A DNA stretch of 64,000 nt from Azolla caroliniana (taxonomy: Eukaryota > Plantae > Polypodiophyta): positions 19,220,001 to 19,284,000 of the forward strand of contig JBHGNT010000002.1 of assembly GCA_043228905.1 (NCBI GenBank), written 5' to 3'. Under the pieces are notes generated by a model, which was given only the letters and a program-made list of their open reading frames with translations, was not told the DNA's origin and ran no database searches. This document shows, piece after piece, positions 24,359-37,097 of this stretch. The first letter of the stretch is position 1. Each line of letters starts with the position of its first letter. A program made the translations under genes and the position numbers.

Positions 24359-25890
24359 ACGTGTCTCCAAAGCGCCTAGTAAATTTGATGATTATGTAAT
24401 GCTATCAGATGCCGGTTAGCCTTCAAGTTATAATGAAACCATATCTATCCACGATGATGCTAAGTGGAAACAAGCAGTATGGAAAATGAGTTGGATAGTA
24501 TCCATAAGAATGGAACTTGGGATTTAGTACCTTTGCCAAAAGGTAGGAAAGCACTACCATGTAAATGGGCGTATGAATAGAAATACACATCTGATAGTGT
24601 TTGTCCCAAGTATAAAGCTCGCATTGTCGCAAAAGTTTTTAAACAAGAACAAGGAGTTGATTTCGATGAAATCTTCTCTCCAGTAGTCAAGATGACAGGG
24701 CGACAGAACCGGTCGAAAATGCCCGACAAGGTGATTTCTGCACTCAATGCAGAAAAGCAGGTCACAACTTTTCTGACTTCTAGTCTATCAAGAGAAAAGA
24801 GAGTGGTTGGTGATATGAGTGGAACCTAGGACGATCCGACTCGAACCGTTCTCCCGTCGACCAAATCAATGTTGCCGACTTTTGATTAGGAGAAATCCTC
24901 TCTCAAGAGGATTCGATGATCGGATAAGTCCTCTACAGTGTGCAAGATGCACACACATGGTTACTAGACTCTAGTGCCACATTTCACATGACCCCTAATA
25001 TCAAATTGTTTTCGAACTATTCAGTCGATGCTAATGACACAATCCGACTACACAATGGGCCGGAGTGCAGAATTGCAATAATTGGCGAAGTACCAATCCG
25101 ATTGTCAAATGCAAATATGATCACCCTACACCAAGTTTGGTATGTACCCGATCTAAAAAGGAGTATGGTCTCCATCGACATGTTAGTTGAAGACAAGTAC
25201 CAAATGACTCTCAATGGGTCGACATAGATGATCAGCCGAGGAAACCTGAAGATCAGAAGTGGATACAAGTACAACAACTTCTATCAATAATGGCAATCAA
25301 TCTAGAAGGGGCCGTGAACGTAGCCGAATTGACCTATCCGAACTTATGCCATGGCCGACTTGGTCATATGTCGCAAGCCGGATTGGACCGACTAGTGGCA
25401 ATCAACTACATTCTAAAACTCCTAGCGAAGACGAACTTCTATGAGCATTGTCGATACGGCAAACAGACCCAAAGTCCACACTCTTTCCATTATGAGATGG
25501 TAAGACAACCCCTAGAGCTGATCCATACAGACATATGTGGGCTAATGCCCGAAAAATCACTAGGTGGCTGTTGGTACTTCATCACGTTTGTAGATGACTA
25601 TACACGGAAGGTCTAGGCTTACTCCATTAGGTCCAAAGACGAAGCACTCCAAGCCTTCACTCGACAATTAGTCGAAGTGGAGAACCGATCAGAATATCGA
25701 GTGAAGACACTTTGATCCAACAACGGAGGTGAGTACACCTCTCAAGCCTTCAAACAATACCCATCCAACAAAGGGATCTAACACCAAAAGATTGTTCCAT
25801 ACATACCCATGCAAAATGGAGTGGCAGAACAGATCAATCGAACAATCCTAGAGAAGGTGACGGAAATGCTCCAGCAAGCCGAACTAAAAG
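24359..25890 (+). pseudogene. Ty1/copia relics: INT-RT linker and RT start (24359-24696), then knuckle-PR-INT fragment (24697-25890)
   Basis: YKARIVAK..KQEQGVDFDEIFSPVVKMT; WLLDSSATFHMT; HTDICG...FITFVDD; NGGEY; QNGVAE. Confidence 0.8.
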
Positions 25891-25894
25891 CTTA

Positions 25895-27694
25895 GCTCTT
25901 TTGCACAATGGAGACATTTTTTAGAGGGATCTTCTCATCAAATCACCGTATTCAGTGATCACAAAAATATTGCCTACTTCGAGGATGCTCATGTATTAAA
26001 TCGATGACAAGCTCAGTGGGCCCAATTCTCCACTCATTTTGACTTCAAAATTACATATCGTCCTGGGAAGTAGCAAGGGAAGGCAGATGTATTATCGCGA
26101 TGCTCATATCTAGCACCTCGTCCCGGTGATCCAACATTCGATAATCAAAAGCACGTAATCTTGGGACCAGCACGACTACAAGCAACATGGATTTTTGACA
26201 CTCCATTGGATTCCCACCTTATCGATACCATACGTGAAGAATTGAAGACAGATGCTTTCGCTCAAGCCATTCTAGCACAAATTGATCCCTCTCGGCATCC
26301 TGTTTACAGTCGCAACGACTAGGTATGGATTATCGACAATTCGAATATCATGATGGATAACTATTCTTTAAGAAACTCTTGTATGTTCCCAATGGTTCTT
26401 GCCGCCTTCGAGTAGTCCAAAATTGTCATGACACATATACAGCTAGACATATTGGTAGTACTAAAACGTTGGATTTAGTACAACAATCATTTTGGTGGCC
26501 TCATATGCGACGATTTATCGAAGACTATGTTTGGACATGTGATACATGTTATAGAGGAAGGATGCCAAGAAATCATCCATATGGTTTATTGGCACCATTA
26601 CCAATTCCAAGCAAGCCGTGGCGGTCCATTTCTCTAGATTTTATCACAGATCTTCCGATTTCAAAGGGATTCGATGCGATCTTCACAGTAGGAGATTGAT
26701 AAACTAAGATGGCACATTTCCTACCTTGTACTAATGAAATCATTAGTGAAGAAACCGCAGAAATTGTTATGTGTGAGGTATTTCGGCACCATGGCCTCCC
26801 AACTAGTATCATCAACGACCGTGGACCTCAATTCGTCTCGAACTGCTGGAAGCATCTTTTCAAAATGCTCAAGTTCACTTGTAACCTCTCCTCCGGCTAT
26901 CACCCTCAAATAGATGGACAAGCGGAACGAACAAATCAAACACTGGAACAATATCTTCGGTGTTTTCTAAGCTATCAACAAGATGATTGGGCGGATATTA
27001 TCCACTTTGCGGAATTTGCTTATAATAACTCTATCCACTCATCGACTAGGGTTACATCATTTTATGCTTATACGGACTATCATCATTGATGTTGTGTATT
27101 AGAAACTCTAGAGTTACCCCCAAATCCTCATGCAGAGGTTCATTTGGAGCGTCTACACAAGAAAGAGGCAGACCTATCTACCCATTTATATTAATCTCAA
27201 CAAACACAGAAGGATTATTCGGATCTTCATTGGCTTCCATCCTATTTTAACATTGGAGATCGGGTATGGCTATTACGACGACACATCAAGCCTGCTCGAC
27301 CATGCGATTAATTGGATTATCGACGATTAGGTCCTTTCCGTATTATCGGGAAAAATTAATGATGTCACTTTTCGTCTTGATCTACCTCCACAGCTATGGA
27401 TACATCCGGCTTTTCATAGTTCTCTCCTTGAACCCTATCAAGACAACACTATTCGGAATTGTATTACACCACCTCCACCCCCAATCCAGCTTGAAGCAAG
27501 ACCAGAGTAGGAAGTTGTTGCCATCATCAATTCCAAGATTGTTCCCAACAAGCTCTACAACTTGGAACTAGTCGAGAATGTAGCAAATGTTCGAGCTCTT
27601 ATTCAGGACTTCCATCAACAATATCCCTTCAAACCAAGTCCTCAATCTAAGACGACTTATTCCACTCGTTGTCTTAAAGGGGGAGCGGGGGTAG
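25895..27694 (+). pseudogene. Chromoviral (Tcn1-like) gypsy relic: RNase H, integrase, chromodomain remnant
   Basis: WRHFLEG/SDHKN RH, SLDFITDLP, NDRGPQF, HPQIDGQAERTNQ, GPF motif, EVVAIINSK...ENVAN..ALIQDFH chromodomain with deletion; PPT GGGGGAGCGGGGG ~27679-27691. Confidence 0.85.
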
Positions 27695-30665
27695 TGTCAT
27701 GATATAGCATGGTATGGCTTCAAAAGGATTTGAAACTGTAACTTTGTGTCACATGCGTCGAAGCCCTACCATTAAGCTATACATTGTAATACGAAAAGTA
27801 TTGTTTTCATTTATTGTTTCACTTAGGAAATCCATGTATATTCTAGATTTCTGTGGAACATTCTAGAAATGTCAAGAACTCCTAAGCACACTATAAAAAG
27901 AGGCACATGGCATTATTGAGAACCAATTCAGTTCAATGTCAGTCTTAAGCCTCCTAATTGTTCTTGTATCTTTCTCTTTATAATATATATCTTCTATTGC
28001 CATCATCCCTCTCTCTCTCTCTCCAACATAGGAAATCAATGAACCACACAGGATTGAGAGCCGAGCACATCATATATGCTCGACAGTGCCTAGCCCCCTT
28101 TCTCACTCTAATCTTCAACCACGCCCTCGCTGAGGGTTTTCCACCACAATGGACCATGAACACAGTGGGCCCTATACATAAAAGAGGGGACCCAATGGAC
28201 CCAAATACATATAGAACCATTATGATAGGTCATACGCTCGCTAAACTATATGGTGTGGTAATGGAATCGGAGCTCAACGATTATATGGAAACATTAAGTC
28301 TTCGAGCACCTGAGCAGGCTGGCTTTAGACAAGCCTTCTCCACTATTGACCATATTTTCACACTTAGGTGCTTAATTGACCGACGAAGGCTCATAAGAAG
28401 AAACTATAGTGTTGCTTTGTGGACTTCCGCGAAGCCTTTGACACAGTTCCTAGGGAGAAGTTGTTTGATAGACTTAAGAGTTTGGAGATACCAAATGACA
28501 TTATTTGGGCCATTTATGCCCTATATGAGCAAGTCTCTGGGTGCATAAGATGCCCATGTGGCCTATCCGATTGTTTCACTAGCACCATTGGTGTAAAACA
28601 AGGTTGCCCCCTATCACCGACTATTTTTGGGATCTACATTGATGAGATCATTGATTTTATTGCTCGTAACGGAGGCAAGGGAGTAGCTATTGGGGATATG
28701 AAAGTTAGTCTCTTACTCTACGCACACAACATTGTCTTGCTCTCGGAGTCGGAACATGACCTACGAAAGCATCTTAATGCCCTAGATGACTTTTGTACAC
28801 AACGAGGATTGGTAGTGAATCTAGCGAAAACTAAAGTCCTTATCTTTCATACAACATCCCGAGTTAAGAGTAAATGTCACCTAATCCTCTCTCATAAACT
28901 GGTTGAGGTAGTTGGATCATATGTATACTTGGGAGTCACTTTTAGTGCTCGCTCAGGTAAATTCTCACCCAGGCAACCAAAGATAGGCTAACGAGAGGGT
29001 ATGCATCCCTCTCACTCTTAGAGAGCCAATGCCACCAGGCATACTTTCAAGAGCCACGGACTAAGGGATGACTCTTCGACTCATTAGTGACCCCTTACCT
29101 CATGTATGCATCAGTAGTATGGGCTACAGGTCTACCATCTTTCATGTGGACGTAATTAGAGAGACCTTTGGTGACGATGTTATCACGTCAATTCCGAAGC
29201 AAATCGATTGTACCACATGACATTATTAGAGAAAAGTTCAGTCTGCCCCCGATGTTAGTAGAAACATTGTTTCAAGTGGTAGTTTTTATTCATCGGATAC
29301 ATAACCAACCACAAGATAGGATATCCCGTCGAGCCTTTGATGCATCCTGATCCCTACATGCGTCTGGAGACACTAGCTCTTGGTATAGCACTGTGGTGAG
29401 TTGGTTACTTGCAAACGGCATAGACATTAATAACCTACACCCCCTTAAGTACAACAATGGGACTGATCAAACTCTAATATCTCATGAAGACTATAATAAA
29501 GTGATACGCCAAGAAATATGGCAAATTTACACTCGATATAAATGGATCACCCCACGAGAGCCACTCCCATCTAAAATGTTGTACTATAAGGAACACTTCT
29601 TGCACTTCTCTCAGTTAGGTTTTATTACACGACCAAGATATCTAGGTACATTCTTATCAAATGCACTAAGGGTGGCCATTGGACAACTTAGGATATCATC
29701 TCACCAACTTGAGATTGAGAATGGTCGGGCTAATAGAGTCCCTAGAGAGGAAAGGCTATGTAGGTTGTGCAACATAGAGATAGAGGATGAGTATCACTTC
29801 ACATGCAAGTGCCCAACTTATGCCGAGATATGAGTGGAATATCAAGACATATTAGGACCCTCTCCCACCATCTCCAAACTATTAGATACCCCGGATGTAA
29901 AGAGACTAGGTAGGTATATCTTAGAGCTAAAACAACATAGGGAGAATAAATTACAAAGTGTTAACCATAACCCTTTTACTATTCATCAACTTGTAACTAG
30001 TGTAATTTTTCAGGAACAAGGGGAGACGATGAATGTGGATACACTTACGCCGCTCGGCCTCTCTCTTGAGGAAGACGAAATGCAAAGAACATCAAACGCC
30101 CTCAGATGTTGGGCTTCAAAACAAGTCGACACGGAATAGAAAGGATTAAGAAGATAAGGGAACGTGAGCTACGTCGACTAGAAGCTATGGTTGGGGTACC
30201 TTTTACATTGGGGCCACGGGCCACATCCACATCACAACCATTTGACCTCCCGCTTCTCCTCGAGAGATTTGGATGGAAATGAAATTAGGCCTAGTATAAC
30301 ATCATTTTCATTGTAGAACATGTTTGTTATTTTACTAGAACTATTTAACTTAAAACTCTATTTTTATTTTTATTTTTATTTTTTACTTTCGATGAATGGG
30401 TAAATATCCCATTTTTTGTTGTAAACCATTTGTCTCATGGGCCAATTTTGGCCTTAGAAGATGTTAATATATCTTTCTTTCTTCTCTCTCTCTCTCATTC
30501 CACACCGTCTTTTCCTCTTTAGTACTCATCCTCCTCTACTTCTAGTACCAATTCCGTCTCCGTGTTTAGTACTATTCCTGACAAGTACATTCAATGAACT
30601 TAGCCCAGTAAGACCCGAATTTGCCGAGTTCGATTTCAAGTGTCGATTTTAAGATGGCGATCACA
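27695..30665 (+). repeat. Probable 3' LTR of the chromovirus, split by a LINE at a (CT)n tract
   Basis: TGTCAT start right after PPT, TATAAAA at ~27892, (CT)n on both sides of the LINE, candidate end ATCACA at 30665; no second LTR to confirm. Confidence 0.5.
28030..30480 (+). mobile_element. 5'-truncated non-LTR retrotransposon, RTEX-like (family 1)
   Basis: YRTIMIG..LAKLY, QAGFR, VDFREAFD, GVKQGCPLSP, LLYAHN (decayed YADD), LFDSLVTP.LMYASVVW, RISSHQLEIENGR..PREERLC..C...EDEYHF..CP CCHC; tail TATATCTTTCTTTC. Confidence 0.85.
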
Positions 30666-31370
30666 TTCTGTGCCGATTATTTAGGTTGATCCTGATTTGG
30701 GTGATTGCAATGATGAGAGGGACGGGGCTGACTAGTCCTCCCGATTGTCGTTCAATCAAATAAAGCACGGATTGGGGTAGTTCCTTCGAGTACAAACTAC
30801 TACAAGTGATTCCGACGAATGAGTGAATAGTGTCGATTGACCTATTCGATTGTCATCTTATGTGATGTAGTATGGTTGAGGCAGAGCCTTCAAAATAAAA
30901 TCTCAGTCCAAATGTCTACAATCACAGGGGTAAAGTACGCCCAACTGGCTTACTTTAATGGTGATTTAGAGCAATGGAGTGTAGGTTTTGCGGGTGTTTC
31001 TCTTCACACAAAAAATGATCTTGTAGAGAGTTGCCAACTGAGATCTTCACGATGTACAGAGGGAGAGTTGCTAATGGAGACTAACTAGAAGGCGGCAATA
31101 GAATCGAAAGAAACGCCAAGCTCTAATACTAGATGTTGAGAACGCGACCGTTTAGGTGCGGAACAATCTCTACTTCGTCTAGTGAAAGATCATTAACAGG
31201 TACATGTAAAGTAGATTGATGATAACAAGCAACTGAATCACGCAACAAGATTAACACAAATGCAAGCAAAAGAAAAGAAACTAGAAACTATAGGCACAAG
31301 ATGAACTACCACTTCAAAGTAGGTTACAAAGCCCATTATATACTAATTGGGCTAGGGCAACTACCCTTTG
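30666..31370 (-). mobile_element. Copia-type LTR end, PBS and leader relic
   Basis: GCTCTAATACTA (31120-31131), a decayed GCTCTGATACCA Met PBS, adjacent to TGTTGAG at ~31134. Confidence 0.45.
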
Positions 31371-31376
31371 ACATAT

Positions 31377-33060
31377 TTACAGAGATGTCCTAAATCTAGT
31401 TTGTCTTGGATACAATGTGAATACAGCCATTATAGACCAATATTCAATAGTGAGTATTGGTTGTACCTTTGCTTTATAATAGGTAGTAATGGTTGATTCA
31501 TCAAAAATTACACTTCTACTGCAGATGAACTTATTTGAAGTTGGATCGTAAAGTTGATAGGCTTTATATCCATGAGCATCACCATATCTTACGAAGATTG
31601 TTTTGTATGCCTGAGCATCTAGTTTGTTTCTCTTATTCTTAAATACACATGTGTAGGCCACACAACCAAATCTTCTAAGATCTTTAACATGTGGTTTATG
31701 TCCATACCATAATTCACATGTTGTCATTATCCTATTGAACGAAGATAGACTCGATTTTGTAGATAGCATGTTGTACCAACAACTTCTTCCCAAAATTTTG
31801 AAGGTAGGTGGCGACTTGGAGCATGCTTCCAACGGTGTTTAGAAGACTTGTATATTTTGATTTTGCTATTCCATTTTGCTATGAAGTATGAGGTGTTGAA
31901 ATGCAATGGAGAAATCCATGGGCTTGGTATAATTCCTAAATGCACTAGAGCAATATTCATGCCAACCATCGGTTTGTAATTGTTTAATGGATCTTCGTGT
32001 TATATTCTCTACTAATTGGATGTAATTTTTGAATGCTTGAATTGCTTGATCTTTGGTTTTTAGAAAGGTTATAAGTGTAAAACGACTATAATAATCAATG
32101 AAGGTAATAAAATAATGAGATCTAGTTAAATTGATTTTGTAGGGAAGGCTCCATAAATGTCCCTATGTAGAAGTTTTGTCTAACAAACAAAAGATTCTTT
32201 GTGATTCCTGGAACGAAATAGACATTACCAATTTTAAATTGTTTTTCCTTTTTCCGAGCGCTTATTTCATTCTTATTGTTCCCAAAACAGACATTAGTGG
32301 GAATTGCTAGTAGAGTGTAATCGGAAAGCCAATATTTTTTTGTTAAATGGTGTGTAGCTCCCATATCAAAATATCATGTATTATTTTATTGAGTTGACAT
32401 TTGTATTCTTACAAGGAATGCTTCCACAAAGAAGGATCAAATAAGATCATAATATCCCTCTTCTTTATCATCATATACTTCATGATAATTAATAGAGCAA
32501 TCTTTGTTTCCTTCACTTTCTTGGTAATATTTTAACTCTGTGCTTGAACTTTAGGTTTGTACCGATATTGTAATAGTTTGTTTCTAAAATTTTTGTTGTT
32601 GTTGCATTCGCCTCTTGTGCCACTTGGTTTATGAAATTGATGACAAATTATATTTGAGAATCTCATACCTCCTTGCTTTGGTTGTGTACGTTTGAGGGAC
32701 CTTGAGTTATAGATGGTCATGGACAATAAAATGTTTGCCTCATTGTGTATGCTATCATGGCTGATGTGTTTTTAGAGGCATTAGGTTGACGTACTTGTCT
32801 CCTTGCATCTTCTTGTCAGATGTAATTTATGAAGTCGTTGAGGCTTAGATTGTGATTTTCATTTTTAGTAGTGACAATGTGACTCCAAGAATTTGGCAAG
32901 GCACCAAGAAGTAACAACCTTTTACGAATCATCACTTATTAACTACTCCATTCGAGATAGTTTGTGTTCGAAAGTTTGTTGATGTTTGCTTGTCTATTGC
33001 TAAAATTTAGGGTTGTTGCGGACACTGAGGATAATGCATGGGCCAACGATGGTTGTAATT
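31377..33060 (-). pseudogene. Heavily decayed copia gag-PR-INT related to element D
   Basis: KLSNTNYLEW, LLLGALPNSW, QGGMRFSNIIC, GATHHL, FVPGITKNLL, FWEEVVGT, GYKAYQLYDP all match D peptides. Confidence 0.8.
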
Positions 33061-33144
33061 GGTTGTTGAGATGAACATTAAACAAGGATGATGCAAGACT
33101 TTTAAATGGTGATTGTTTATTTATACTCCTTAATTTGGTTAGCA

Positions 33145-33689
33145 TGTAGGAGTATGAGAATAGTATACATAAGAGATTTGTATAGACTTAATAATATGAA
33201 TATGGCAACGATAAACAGTAAATTCAGATGTGAACCACAAACACTAAAAACCAGATACACACGATTTACGTGGAAACCCTCTCTTGGGGCTCAAGGCCAA
33301 CAAAATTGTTCACTATAAGGTGAGAGTATATAGCGACCAGATTACAAAGCTCCCTAGCTTGTCCAGGGAGAGTCTCAAGAAACAGAGTGATGTCAGAAAC
33401 CTAGAGAAGACAAGACTTACAATAGAGCAAGAGAGTATGTATCAGAACGAGAATACCCAGTTTAGAAGCACAGGCACCACAGGTCGTTGTCTAAAACCAC
33501 TTCTAGGGTTCTCTGTTCTTCTATTTGTGTCTCAGCTTCACACTCTCTCTATCTCTATCTCAGTCAGCAATAGTCTCAACTATCTGCTCTCTCTATATAT
33601 TCTTCTCTAACGCGCGCAGGTAATGATATACACATAAAACCTAACTACTATATATATATATATATATATGTATGTATATCTATCTATCC

Positions 33690-33727
<38 letters not shown>

Positions 33728-33860
33728 ATATATATACCATTCGGCCGGCTCTCATTCGGCTTCTCGGCCGATTTTCGACTAGCCAACCCTTGCTCAGCTT
33801 CTCGGCCGATTTTCGGCTTTTCGGCTGTCTCCCCATCAGGAGGAACAAACTTCCATAACA
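33145..33860 (-). repeat. Probable solo copia LTR, distantly related to the B LTR
   Basis: GATTTACGTGGAAACCC cf. B TTTAACGTGGAAAACCC; end CCCATCAGGAGGAAC...CATAACA cf. B CCCATCCGGAGGGAC...CCTAACA; left boundary and TSD uncertain. Confidence 0.55.
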
Positions 33861-34198
33861 CTTACTTAGTGTATTGATTCCATTCAAATGAAACAAAATG
33901 CACAATGATGCAACGAGTAGTTGGCAACGTGTTTCTTGTTGTCTTTCCAATGAGACACAATGCCTCTTCATGTTGTCTCTCTTAGATAGAGAGACCATTT
34001 ACATTATTATCCATTATTGTTCATTTGTCTTTTTTTTTGGGGGGGGGGGGGGTGTTTATTATTTTATTATTCTCAATTTGAAAATGTAATGTCAGCTTCT
34101 CTTGGTGTTCTGGCCAGACAAAAGAAAGACAACGGCATGAGTAGACTGGGGGGCAATCACTAGGCTGTTTTGTATGACACAGTCACTTCTAGTGAGCT

Positions 34199-36502
34199 CT
34201 AGTTATCGGGAGCCCGGACGATATCAAATCCATCTTCGGCAAATGACCACCCCGAACTGTCGGCGAAACCTTGGAAGCATTGGAGCATGGGTGCGATGAT
34301 GCGTCCATCCGCAATGGCATCCACCACCTTCTGGAGATCTCCATCCAGAGAACAACGTCCTTCCTCAATCCCCCCGAGCATCGCAGTGCGCAAATCTGCC
34401 CGCACGAAGCGATACAAAGGGAACGTCCTGGACCCTTCGATCATCTCCCCCGACGATCCATCATCGTGGCATTGCATTTGCGGTGCCGGGTCTGTATACC
34501 GACCGTGTTGCAAGTCCAAGAACGTCCTTCGTTGATCTCGGAGCTTTTGTCCCAACTCGTCCAACCCCAGCTTCGTTCGGAAGTCTTTGATTTGATTAAC
34601 GCAGACATTCACCTCAGAATCGCCACTTGTATTCTGGACAGCAAGAACATATTGCAGGAGTATAGTGTCGAGGGTGGCCATGAGAGGGAGGGATGGGTTC
34701 GCGACGTCGTGCGCGTAGCTTAACGTGTCGAGCTTCTCCACACTCCGTACGAGCTCCTCCATCAGGGATGCTTCCAGCCCACACTCTTCCGCGGACCTCT
34801 TCAATGTGGTAATGACGGTTGCATTGAAGGTGTACTCGAGATGCCGGAGGTCGACAGCTTGGCAAAGCGCGACGATGAAGGAGGCGAGCATCATCTTGAG
34901 GATGTGAGTGGCCTCCGACGTTCGCCTCGCCGAGATGAGCCCGAGAGAGTTCACATCTTGATTGTGTTGCTCTGCGCTCTGGCAATGGATGGTGACGGGA
35001 TTCGCAAGATGGAGGATCTCACTGAGGTACGCGGCCATCCCGATGTCTAGACCCTTCAGCCCAAAGTCGAGCGAGAAATCGGGGCCGAGGGCTAGGTTTC
35101 CAGGGAGGCCATTATTGGTCATCTCCAGCATGAGCTCGGTGAAATGGGCGAACAGGAGTTTGGCTATGGCAGCAACAGCGATCCGGACGGAATCCATTGG
35201 GAAGCCGATGTACGTGCCTTGGAAATTGGCGCCATGCAGTGCACGATCGTTGCGCGCGTCCACCAGGGGGTTGTCATTGGCACTGTTGAGCTCATTCTGG
35301 ATATGGATGTGGGCATTCTGGATGGATTCGAGCTGCGGGCCAAGCCAGTGTGGGATGGAGCGAACTGCGTAACGATCCTGCCGGGCACGCGTCAATCCTT
35401 GATCGGCAATGATCTGCTGGCCTCGACGGATAAGGGGGCTACCTCGAAGGAACCAGTGGAGAGCGGCAGCTACTTCGATCTGCCCGCGGTGGTGCTTCGC
35501 TTCATGGAGCACGGATTCCGTGAAGTCGGGCCGGACATACATCACCTCGCAGAAGAGCGCAGTGCAAAGCTCGGAGAGGAGGAACAGAATGTGGAGGTCC
35601 AGCACGACGAGGGAGGCTTCGGCTGTGGCGAAAGCGGTGCCGTTCACCAGAGCCAGCCCTTCCTTGGCGCCAAGCTTGATGGGCTCCCGGATGCCAGCCA
35701 TGGCAAGAGCTTCTGAGGAGCATACCAAGCGTGTGGCTGTGGAGGAGGAGGAGGTTGCGGTAGGCACGTGCGCCTGGACGGTAGGCCAGCCCACAAGGAG
35801 GCCGGCAACGTACACGAGGGGGAGCAAATCGCCGGAGGCAGTAACAGTGCCCCGCAGTGGGCACCGCGGTATTACATTGGCATTCAGCAGCATGGCAAGA
35901 GCCTCCAAGACCTGCCATCGTACACCCGACAGCCCACGAATGAGACTGTTGAGGCGTGCGGCCATGGCCGCACGTGTGGTCGCGATGGGCTGCTCGCCGT
36001 TGCCTCCGTCCGGAGCCGGCACAAACATGCCGACAATGAGGAACCGCAGAAGCTCGTCCTAGGCGATTGAATGAATTGAATGCACGCGGGCACGAGATGA
36101 TGGATCGAAATAAACGCAGGGAAAGAATATCAATCAATCGAGAGGCAGCGAGATGATGGCGGATTGTAATTAATTCACACGATATAATACTAAACTTACC
36201 TGCAAAATCTCGACTTGAAGGGTTCGCTTGTCGCTACACGCCCCGAACCCCGTGGTTATGCCGTAGATGTCGTCTGCCCGCTGTACGGCCGCCTCCACCC
36301 ATGCCCTCGCATTGTCCACCCCGACCTTGCAGCTGCTTGCGTCTAATTCTACCTTCACATTGTTGTTCCTTGCTCGGCCGATCCGCGCAACCTTTGCGAC
36401 CGTGAGATGGGCTCCGTCCAGCACAACCTTCTCACATCTCTCGTACTCTTCGATCATGGCTACAATGAGAGTTACATGGTGATGATGATAATGCTTCACC
36501 AT
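34199..36502 (-). CDS. MIO-dependent aromatic amino-acid lyase/mutase (PAL/PAM family), PAM-like; 2 exons 36502-36200 and 36058-34199, ~720 aa
   Basis: YGITTGFG loop, MIO triad TASGD, EGLALVNGT, QDRY, NDNP, HGANFQG, AEQHNQDVNS; 141-bp phase-0 intron GTAAGT...CCTAG joins ILQ|DELLRFL in frame; no stops. Confidence 0.95.
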
Positions 36503-36607
36503 CTTCTTCTAATTAGTGAGAAACAGAGATAGGTAGACAGGTAGAGGGAAGACCACTCTTGTGTCCTATGTACTCTCACTCAAGTCTCTCACATTGTACA
36601 TGGAGTG

Positions 36608-36623
36608 GCTTATATATATATAT
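36608..36623 (-). promoter_or_regulatory. Candidate TATA box of the PAL/PAM-family gene
   Basis: TATATATATAAG on the minus strand ~110 bp upstream of the ATG; a TA repeat, so weak evidence. Confidence 0.4.
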
Positions 36624-37097
36624 TTGTTTATTGGTGCGTGTTCACATTCACAAGATCTAGAGGCCATAAATATAAATATTGAAAACCCTCCTTTTCGATG
36701 CATAACGTTTTGGAAATTAGTGCAAGGTAATAATTGTCATATGGAAGACTCAAGCTTTGCCCTTTCAAACTCATATCAACCACTCACTTCCAAAGATAGT
36801 TCCCGAATCTTGATCATCCTTGGTGAAATGCGGAAATGCAATATATCAATAGACTTCTACATAACATAACAAATTATTTGGGATCCATATTCCATGGCAA
36901 AGACTACTTCATACTGAAACATGTAAAGGCACGTCTCTCTCAAAACTAGTAAAAAATGAAATTAGATACAACGTTATGTGTATCTTTTCAAATCAAGTGC
37001 TTTTGTTCCATTATGAGGGTAGGGTATATTAATCATGAAATATGTTGGCATGTAAAGACAAAAGAGAAACAAAATACTAATATATGTTTGAATGAAG

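Noticed and set aside
34199-36028. ORF-track start at 36028 and separate 110-aa ORF 36170-36502
   Set aside because: They are two exons of one gene joined by a GT-AG intron.
34199-36502. Tyrosine ammonia-lyase or bacterial horizontally transferred HAL
   Set aside because: Selectivity residue is Phe, not His; it has an intron and the plant-type C-terminal insertion.
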